Part shown: in pieces, positions 55,068 to 64,000 of the stretch | Position numbering within the stretch: position 1 is the stretch's first letter | Layout: the number at the start of each line of letters is the position of its first letter | Assembly: GCF_006345805.1 (NCBI RefSeq) | Contig: NC_043003.1 | Coordinates: forward strand, 111,724,001-111,788,000 | Source: Octopus sinensis | Lineage: Eukaryota | Reading direction: 5' to 3' | Length of the DNA: 64,000 bases | The notes under the pieces: generated by a model | The model's input: only the letters and a program-made list of their open reading frames with translations | The model's database searches: none | Told to the model about the DNA's origin: nothing | Program-made: the position numbers and the translations under genes

Positions 55068-55234
55068 TACTTAATACTCTACACACATCTCTACTGCCTT
55101 AGATACTTGCAACGTTTCATATGTCTCACAGGTATAACAATTCGATAATATAATATATATGCGTGCGAAATTTGGTTAAAAATCGTATAAACGGTGTACA
55201 CGCGATGTGCAAGCCCCTACACACACATACTCTG

Positions 55235-55374
<140 letters not shown>

Positions 55375-55811
55375 CATATAAACAATACTTTGAAACTAGA
55401 TATAGTTGCAAAGTAACCAACATGTTAATAAAACTAATATTTCTGAAAGAAAACACACTTAACTAAACAATACCCTTAATAAGAATTGCGTTAATAATGC
55501 TACTTTTTTGCAGAACCATTAAATTATAATGGAAATAAATATATATGCAGAAAATAAAAAAAATGTAGCTGTGAATAAACTCAAAAAATGGAATTTATGA
55601 AGTTAAACATGATGTAACAAAATCGTAAAAATATAGGTTTTAATTTCTTTAAATGGGAGTATAAGATTCTAATACATGGCAATTCGTCGCTCAAGACTTA
55701 TTCTGTCCCCCTCTTTTGCTGAACCGCTAAGTTACTGGGATGTTGTACACCAACACCATTTGTCAAACAGTGATGGGGTACAAGACAAATGTACACACAG
55801 AGATATATATG

Positions 55812-55842
<31 letters not shown>

Positions 55843-55871
55843 GTATATATATATATATTCATATATACAGA

Positions 55872-57131
55872 CAGATATGCTGGAAGTAAATAGACACCAT
55901 TAATTTTCAAAATTTCTGATCTAAGCGTCTTAATATGTTTTCAGCATTGTAGAATTTACAATGTAATAATTATTTTCATTCCAGGTGCCATTATATTAAA
56001 ATTTGCGAAGAGTAACCATGTCCTGCAAAGAATATTCAGCAGAACTGTCAGATTTTCAAAGAGGTCGTATTATTGGACAATCTTAGGCTGGTCTTAGTCA
56101 GCGACAAATTGCCGAAATTCTTCAAATTCCTCTTGCTATTGTTAATAGGATTATAGTGCAATACAAAGGCCAAGGCAAAAATTAACAGTTTCTCGTCCCG
56201 GACAAGCTGAGCCCTCGGAAAAGAAGCTTCGCTGATTGAAGAGAAGTGTGGAAAACGTACCCCGTTCGAAGGCTTCTGACATTGCAAAACGGCTAGAAGT
56301 TAGTCCAAGAACACATGTAACATATCTGCATAAGCCTAGGTATTATGGACGAGCAGCTAGAAGAAAACCTCTCCTTCATGAATATCATGAAAAGAAAGAA
56401 ATGAGCTAAGGTGATGTCAGAAAAATCCAGTTCATTTTAAGAGTGCGTTTTTTTCAGTTGAATCCAGATCTGCATTATTTTCAGACAGTGGACGTGTTTT
56501 GGTCTGGAGGCTTCCCAACCAAGAATTTGATTTGAAACTACTCCAGCCAACTGTGAAACATGGCGGTATCTCTGTAATGGTATGGTGAGCTCTTACCAAC
56601 AATGGTCGTTCTGTGCTGATCGAATATGTTAGGACTATAAACTCTGAAAAATACATCGAAATACTTAAGCAACGACTACTTCCGCTGTATTCACACGATA
56701 GCATAGCATAATGAAAAATGAGTTTTTATTCATGGAAGATGGGGCCTCATGCCACACAGCGAAAAAGAATCGACAAATGCTGACTGAAAATGGGATAAAA
56801 AAGCTTCCTTGGCCGAGCCAATCTCCTGATATGAACACACCTGAAATCTTTGGAGCATAGTAGATAGAGTTATATAAAAAACTCAACAGAAACCTAAATC
56901 TAAAGATGAATTGTTTCGACTGTTGCGTGAAAAGTGGGCAGAAATTCCACAATCACAAAGCTCATCAGCTCAATGCGAAAAAGAGTTTCTGAAGTAAAAA
57001 CTTCAAATGGAATGTCAACTAAATACTAAAGTATGTATTCCTACCTATAAATTACATTTGAATTGTTCGCTTTGCGTATTTAATAAAAGATGTTTTTAAT
57101 TAAAGTTGTCTATTTAATTCCTGCATGTCTG
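55872..57131 (+). mobile_element. Full-length but inactivated Tc1-family transposon with ~30-bp TIRs
   Basis: TIRs cagatatgctggaagtaaatagacaccatt / aaagttgtctatttaattcctgcatgtctg. Transposase remnants [44 protein letters not shown] and WPSQSPDMN. Confidence 0.92.
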
Positions 57132-57140
57132 TGTATATGT

Positions 57141-58100
57141 ACAAGCTGAATAACCCGGCTTTGACGGGGTTACTGCTGTTCTTATTCAGATTTTAAGCAA
57201 TAACTATAAAAATATATTCTCATAATTGTTTCAAAATATCTATATTTTATTTTAAAAATATCCAATTTATAACAATAGAATTTCTAATTGAAAATCTGTC
57301 AATGTTGAAGCACGTCTGGGTAAACAATATTCATTGAACAATTTTTTGCTGGTGTTGAAATTAATAAATTGTAGCTGTTCCCAAGTCACGAGCAAGCAAT
57401 ATAGAGTTGGCCGTGGGAGAAGCAAGTAGTAGAGAGATCAAATTCAAATACCTCAAGAGATTGTCCCTGAGATTCGTTAAATGAAATAACAAAACTTAGT
57501 TTTTCTAAAAACTGAATCGTCTTAAATTCCAATGGAACACCTGTAAATATGAGAGGAATTTTTGGAATAAAGACATTTTCGCTTTTCTGAATACCTGTCA
57601 AGATTGTTGCCTCTAGGATATGGTGTGCATCTTGGAGATGGACAGAATTTTTAGCCCTTATCAATTTTTAATGTTACGAATGTAGAGGTGACGCTCATTC
57701 TCAAGTTAATCACACACATGAACCAGGTTTTGGTGAAATAGATCACGATACAATACATGTGCAATTCATTTGATTGTTCTAGTCTTAACATCAGTTGGTA
57801 AGAACAGAAGTCATTTGACGATATTTTTTTGTTTGTAATTGACTCTCCTGTTGCAGGTTCAATCTGTGGAATATTGGAATAGTGCCCATCTTGACCATTC
57901 CACAAAATAAGAGGATATTGCAGAGCTTCATAAGAAGGATGAGTATCTGAAACACGGTTGTTAACTCGAGCACGAATGAAAATATCATGATTTCTGTGGG
58001 GATCACCTACGAAAAGTATGGCTACTACATTAGATGCGAGTTCAAAAGTACGGTGTAAAATGTCGTTTACTACAGTTTACTATAGACGTAACGAACGCGG
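57141..58100 (-). mobile_element. Internally deleted Helitron (N-terminal region fragment, PIF1-helicase C-terminus, 3' hairpin)
   Basis: ORF 57386-57664 has VFIPKIPL...SQGQSL...CFSHGQLYIACS. YEALQYPLILWNGQDG lies at ~57890-57930. The 3' hairpin aacccg-tcaaagc-cgggtt is followed by CTTG (cf. CTAG). Confidence 0.85.
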
Positions 58101-58336
58101 AAACACACAATCGCAGACACACTGACACACATAGGGATACGTATGTGTAGATGTATGTGCGTGTCTGTTTAATTATCTCAGGCCTAACGTATAAAACTTG
58201 TCACACCTACACTTGCATACACATACACTCTGACATACACTTACATACATATACGAAAACAGACACACACAGGCGTACATTCACGCACACCTCAGGCATA
58301 TCTCTGCCTCTCTCTCTCTCCGTCGCTTTCTCTCTT

Positions 58337-58384
<48 letters not shown>

Positions 58385-58799
58385 CTGTCTTTATATTATA
58401 TATGTGTATGTGGGTCAATCGTCCCAACAATGTATGTATACTGACAGACACATAGGCCCTCACATACATTCACACATATATACTTCTCAGTCGTCGGCTT
58501 AACGTACATAACGAATGCGCAAACACATACACACACACCTACAGCCACATACATACTCATTTAGAAAATATGATGTTGGTGTCATTGTCGTCGTTGACTT
58601 TGGGAAAGTTTATAATGTTCAATTCTGTAATGCAATATGTAGAATGATATAAGGTTATTTCGTAGCCGAAAGGGTACTGAATTTTTTGATACCCATATGT
58701 CAAAATCAGCAACTTAGTTTTCGAATGCACAAGGAACATACGTACGCACACACTCATACACACACACACACACACACACACATATCTATATATACATAT

Positions 58800-58955
58800 A
58801 TACGACGGGTTACTTTCAGTTTCCGTCTACCAAATCCACTCAGAAGGAGTTAGTCGGCCCGAGGCTATAGTAGAAGACACTTGCCTAAGTTTCCACACAG
58901 TAGCACTGAACCCGGAACTAGGTTGTTGGGAAGCAAGCTTATTACAGCCGCGCCA
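58800..58955 (-). mobile_element. SINE family A, 5' half
   Basis: ttcagtttccgtctaccaaatccactca...gaagacacttgcc...ctgaacccggaac...cagccgcgcc. Confidence 0.85.
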
Positions 58956-59099
58956 GTGTATTGTTAAAAAGTTTCGATTTCATAAATTTCCTTAATGTTT
59001 TGTTTATGATAATTAAGAGATTATTCTTAGTGTAATTGTTGTATGCAGATAAATACTTTCACCAAAGGCATAAGTTTCTAAAATTATTTGACGTAACGT

Positions 59100-59800
59100 A
59101 AAGTTCTTTTTACCTTTACGTCCTATAAAAGCATATTTTCAGGAGGTTAAACCATCCAAAGACGAAATACCCGTGCAGATGCAACTTCGTGCGCAGCAGT
59201 CATATATAAGGCAGAGTTGATGCGAAATCTTGAAGGTGGACATAGAGGAATATATACGTGCATATATCATATAGCAGTGATATTTAACAACCAGAAGTCC
59301 TGTTGTAATATCCAGGAGAAGTGAAATGTCAAAGTCCGCTGAAAGAAAAAATACAGCACGGATTACAACAAGTTGAGATTACTGGAGATGTTTTAGTCCA
59401 CAGGGAGTAGAAGATATTTGATTTGCCTAGTGAAGTGAAGAACAATACTAAAAAATTGTCTCCAGTTTTATACTTATCAAAATCTTAAAAACGAAGTTTA
59501 GGATCATGGGCTCCAGAAAGAAAATATTTGATTGGGTACAAGCAGAGCCTACCATTTATATTCCAGCTTGAAACATTCCACTACTACAAATATAAAATTC
59601 AGTATAGTTTCGTTTGACACACTCAAACAAGCATGTACATGCCCACAGGTGAATTAAAAATGTGTTTCACTCACACCATCCTGAATTTTCGTTGCTACCA
59701 TTTAAATATTGCAGACTCAAGCTTCCCGCATCTGAGCCCCAACGCAATTCTAAAAGCAGTTATTCCTTACACCGTGAAAACCCACTGGCGCTTCTGCAAG
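59100..59800 (-). mobile_element. Possible degraded LINE APE-endonuclease region
   Basis: Minus strand NCVG...KIQDGVSETHF resembles the APE N-terminal NxxG...ETH motifs; weak. Confidence 0.3.
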
Positions 59801-60003
59801 AGTAATGACAGAGTATGAATTTATCCTCTGGACATCTCCTACAGGTATTTTCGTTCAGGTCTTTTCAAATATCCATACACTGAATGTAAATATTTCTGGC
59901 TTCCAAGAGTACAGTCACCATACACAACATACTAGCAACCTGAATACGTTTCCCTCTATCTCGTGATTTGTTATAATGGGGTAGAATGTGTTTATAACAC
60001 AAG

Positions 60004-60050
<47 letters not shown>

Positions 60051-60071
60051 ATATTATACATACATATACAT

Positions 60072-60105
<34 letters not shown>

Positions 60106-60140
60106 GTGCGTGTGTGTGTATGTATATGTATGTATAATAT

Positions 60141-60235
<95 letters not shown>

Positions 60236-60485
60236 TGTGTGTGTGTGTGTGGTTTCATCGGCACACTCGCAAAGAGTGAAATGTATCAGTCATAAAATAC
60301 TTATAGGTTTTAAATTTAACTTTCTGTCATTATGTCAATATAAAATCTACAGATATAAATAACTTAGTATGCACACACATAACCAATCAGAGCGACATAA
60401 AAACTTATACACAGAAGCAATAAAATTTGTAATCAACTTTGTACGGATTACACTAGTATTTATTTCATTTTATTTACGATGTAAA

Positions 60486-60935
60486 TATTGGTTTCAAATT
60501 TTAGTACGAAACCAGCATGTGATAAATATCATATTTTGAATTGAATGAATATTTAAATAAACAAGGAATTCTGAAATTTGTTTCTTACATACAACGCGTT
60601 TTCTCTGTTGATAAACTCATAAGCTTAGTATTTGTATCAGCAAGTTGTTTGCAAAATCTATATAGTCTTCTCGATTCGTTTTGTCTGTGATTTATAGTTC
60701 TCTTTTCCCTTAATTTATCAAATACCAAAATGAATTGGCCGTGAGGCGAAACCTCATGTCCTTATCCAAAATCGATTTCATCAATCCTAGTACTCAACTG
60801 GTATTTGCTTTATTGAACACGAAAGGATAAGGGCAAAGTTAACCTCGAGGAAGTTTAACCTCAGAACGTAATGTCAAACGAAATTTCGCTAAGCAATTTT
60901 TGCTCGGTGTGCTACAGATTCTGGGAATTCGTCAC
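60486..60935 (-). mobile_element. SINE family B interrupted by a 256-bp inverted-duplicate insert
   Basis: attggtttcaaattttagtacgaaaccagc (60487-60516) and cgatttcatcaatcctagtactcaactggt... (from 60773) are nearly contiguous parts of the family B sequence. Confidence 0.75.
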
Positions 60936-61575
60936 CTTTATACACAAAGAAGGTTATTATTTGTAATCCAGTTTAAGAAAATTAACGACGAAGATATATT
61001 GAAAGCGCGACTCAACACTAAGTATAAAGTAAAATTTAATACGAAATTTGTTTTGCATGGGATATCAGGTTTTGCCTCACAATTTATTCAATCCGTCTAT
61101 CGATGAACCTTTTTTGTCTGCAATAAATCCTTCAAATAAGCATTATTGGTTGGTAATAGTATTTTTGATCGAGCCTCTGTAGATTGGTTCTTGCTTTGTG
61201 AAAAATTGATGTGGATGATGTTCAATAGAGATAAATATTTGAAAGCTAATTTATAAGAAAAATGTATATTTACTGTTGGTACACACACTATTTCAACCTA
61301 CTATATGTAGAATGAAAATATTTTGGATAGGGACATGAAGTTTCGCCTAACGGCCAATTCATTTTCCTGTTTGATAAATTAAGGGAAATGAGAACTATGA
61401 ATCACAGACAAAACGAATAGAGAAGACTATATATATTTTGCAAACAACTTGCTGATACAAATACTAAGCTTATGAGTTTATCAACAGAGAAAACGCATTG
61501 TATGTAAGAAACAAATTTCAGAATTCCTTCTTTATTTAAATATTCATTCAATTCAAAATATGATATTTATCACAT
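60517..61575. repeat. Inverted repeat with 256-bp arms (60517-60772 / 61320-61575)
   Basis: The arms are near-identical reverse complements with only scattered substitutions; spacer ~547 bp. Confidence 0.95.
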
Positions 61576-62214
61576 TTTTCAAACAATCCTTACTATTCAT
61601 GAATAATGCAATATCTCAACATGGGCACACATTATCATGCTTATACAAAAGACGTCGTAATAAAATAGATTTATATATGAAATAAAAACATGTATAAGTT
61701 GAACAACACGAATTTGTATCCTTATTTGATATTATGCACTTCACTTTTATAAATCGATTCAGTGATTCTAATACTTAACAGACAATACCCCACTTTTCAC
61801 CACCTTCTGATACAATACTCATTCGTCGATGCTTCGCTAATATTTAGCTTATTGTCACTGAGTTTACCTCCAACATTTTAATCAGATCTCTTGTTCTTTC
61901 CAAGCAAAATTCTTCCAGTTAAAACGCGCATTGTTAAGGAGGCGTCCTCCATTTTCTCCTTTAGAAATATGATAAGAAAATTGTCATTAATTGTTGAATA
62001 ACCCGTTAAACCAAAAATATGTGTTTAAGTATCCATATATAGCGATAAACTATATATATGTGCATACATACATACATACATACATACATACATACATACA
62101 TACATACATACATACATACATACATACATACATACATACATGTGATCTCTTGAGCACCACCAGCTCAAATATTTTTTCCTCTGTCTTCCCTTCTTGGGAT
62201 CTTTCCTTCTCCTT

Positions 62215-62249
62215 GTTTCCGACGAAGAGCTCCGCTCGAAACGTTAAAC
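62215..62249 (+). ncRNA. Minimal type I hammerhead variant (CCGACGA+A core)
   Basis: gttt-CCGACGA-a-gagc-tcc-gctc-GAAA-cg-TT-aaac. It has a 4-bp stem I, a 4-bp stem II and a palindromic (acgt) stem III. Confidence 0.65.
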
Positions 62250-62349
62250 CCTCCTTCCCTTCTTTCCTGAGCGTCAATAATACTTTAATTGTTCCACGTC
62301 CTGCGTTACTGTGTTTTTTTCTCTTTTTTTTGTTTTCTTGTTTGGATTA

Positions 62350-62389
<40 letters not shown>

Positions 62390-62399
62390 TATATATCTA

Positions 62400-62611
62400 T
62401 ATTTCTTTATTGCCCACAATGTGTAAAACATAGAGGGGACAAACAAGGACAGACAAAGGGATTAAGTCGATTATATCGACCCAGTGCGAAACTGGTACTT
62501 TATTTATCGACCCCGAGAGAATGAAAGGCAAAGTCGACTCCGGCGGCATTTGAACTCAGAAAGTAACGACAGACGAAATGCTGCTAAGCATTTCGTCCGG
62601 CGCGCTAACGA
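62400..62611 (-). mobile_element. SINE family B variant, cut at its head by a Helitron-like element
   Basis: aagtcgattatatcgacccagtgcgaaactggtactttatttatcgacccc...tttgaactcagaa...gctaagcatttcgtccggcgcgctaacga. Confidence 0.85.
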
Positions 62612-62965
62612 CCCCCGTTAAATTGACGGTGCTGCGTTGTCAAACATTTAAACCAAATTTTCTCAAAACAACTTGTCCGACCGTCCCACATAGCTTCCCT
62701 TTGAGAAACACTGATTTCACCTAAATATGAGACACCAGCAAAAGACGGATTTCGACTGATGTACAAGCGGGTACAAATGCACGTTTCCTCGGCTTTATCG
62801 ATCGCATTCTCACCTGGAATCGATTTTTGTAATCTTTTGAAGACTTATACACGCTCTGATACCCTCGGTATCTACATGTCAAATCTGAGCGCAATCATAT
62901 GGAGGATGCCCGAGATGCTAGACGGCACAAACACAGACAGGTAGAAAGGATTTTATATAATAGAT
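62612..62965 (-). mobile_element. Non-autonomous Helitron-like element (5' part)
   Basis: The minus strand begins a|tctattatataaaatcc...ctgtctgtg, a typical Helitron 5' TC terminus with subterminal ctgt repeats. No coding sequence. Confidence 0.5.
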
Positions 62966-62978
62966 GTAGATTGGATTT

Positions 62979-63009
<31 letters not shown>

Positions 63010-63049
63010 AACTATATATTTGTGCATATGTATGTATATATGTATTCCT

Positions 63050-63450
63050 CCTGAGAGTTGTATACTAAAATTCCAGGAACTTCGTTTTTTGTAACGTTGT
63101 AGAGCAAGCCTCATATAATGATACCTTACATCTTTCCACTAGGTCTCAAATTTAATACTGTCCGATACTTTTGGCCTCCAAATTTGCCAGATTAAATACT
63201 ATGGACTTCTACGATTGGAGTGCTGTTCAAAGAGAGATACGTCGGCACCTTCACAACACTACAGTTTCACTGAAGTTTGTCATTATCAGATGATGTTCGA
63301 AATGAATAAAGACCATTTAGTTCAGGTATGTTAACGATTTGTGACTGGCATTCATGCAGTCAGTGAAGGAGCGTGTACAGGATAATTGCATAAAATTTCG
63401 ATAGCAGGACAAATTTTTTCAAAATGCTTTGATATTTGCTAGAATACCTT
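63050..63450 (+). mobile_element. Mariner (DD37D/maT-like) transposase C-terminal remnant
   Basis: FWPPNLPD*NTMDFYDWSAVQRE...HNTTVSLK...MNKDHLVQVC*RF. Confidence 0.7.
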
Positions 63451-63462
63451 TCTTTCATTCAT

Positions 63463-63672
63463 AGGCGTAGGAGTGGCTGTGTGGTAAGTAGCTTGCTTAC
63501 CAAACACATGGTTCCAGGATCAGTCCCACTGCGTGGCATCTTGGGCAAGTGTCTTCTACTATAGCCTTGTGAGTGGATTTGGTAGATGGAAACTGAAAGA
63601 ACCCCGTTGTATATATGCATATATATGTGTGTTTGTGTGTGTGTGTTTGTCCCCCCAACATCGCTTGACAAC
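63463..63672 (+). mobile_element. SINE family A, truncated
   Basis: aggcgtaggagtggctgtgtggtaagtagcttgcttacc...cttgggcaagtgtcttct. Confidence 0.9.
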
Positions 63673-63789
63673 CTACTCTAGACAATAGGCGGATTGACTG
63701 AAATGCCTAGTAGTAGTAAGTGAAAAATTATATTAAATTGATAAGCAATATATTATGATAAATACTAGTACCTATTGCTATAAACATGA

Positions 63790-64000
63790 TTATGATTACT
63801 GACATTTTATTGTATTTTTTGCAAAGCCACAGACGCCAAACAATACCTACCTTTTGATTCTTGCCACCCAAGACACACTAAAACAAACATCTCTTTCAAC
63901 CTTGGAAGAAGGATATGCACATTAGTCTCAGAACAAAATACCAGGAACTTTAGACTGCAAGAACTCAAAAACACCCTAATTGACAGACACTACCCAGTTC
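63790..64000 (+). mobile_element. Penelope-like RT thumb fragment running off the window end
   Basis: CKATDAKQYLPFDSCHPRHTKTNISFNLGRRICTLVSEQNTRNFRLQELKNTLIDRHYP. Confidence 0.9.

Overview
AT-rich eukaryotic non-genic DNA, most likely from an octopus. That assignment is an inference from the tRNA-derived SINE families and the very dense (TA)n/(CA)n/(GATA)n/(CATA)n microsatellites. No host protein-coding gene, rRNA, tRNA gene or CRISPR array could be supported; nearly all ORFs in the track are microsatellite translations or transposon debris. The window is a transposon graveyard: at least six Penelope-like element (PLE) fragments, four R4/Dong-like restriction-endonuclease LINE pieces, RTE and CR1 LINEs, Tc1/mariner, Chapaev3-like and Helitron remnants, many SINEs, and a ~6.7-kb 30-bp satellite with higher-order structure. 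The most interesting signal is a set of short non-coding elements sitting in microsatellites that carry type I hammerhead-ribozyme motifs, several with atypical cores. The best case (30450-31226) is a ~462-bp circularly permuted unit whose inverted 5' copy ends at the predicted self-cleavage site, which suggests a retrozyme-like element mobilised by PLEs. Recurrent microsatellite-centred fold-back duplications and an RTE with a twin-priming-like 5' inversion are also present. Boundaries of degraded elements are approximate and were read by eye.
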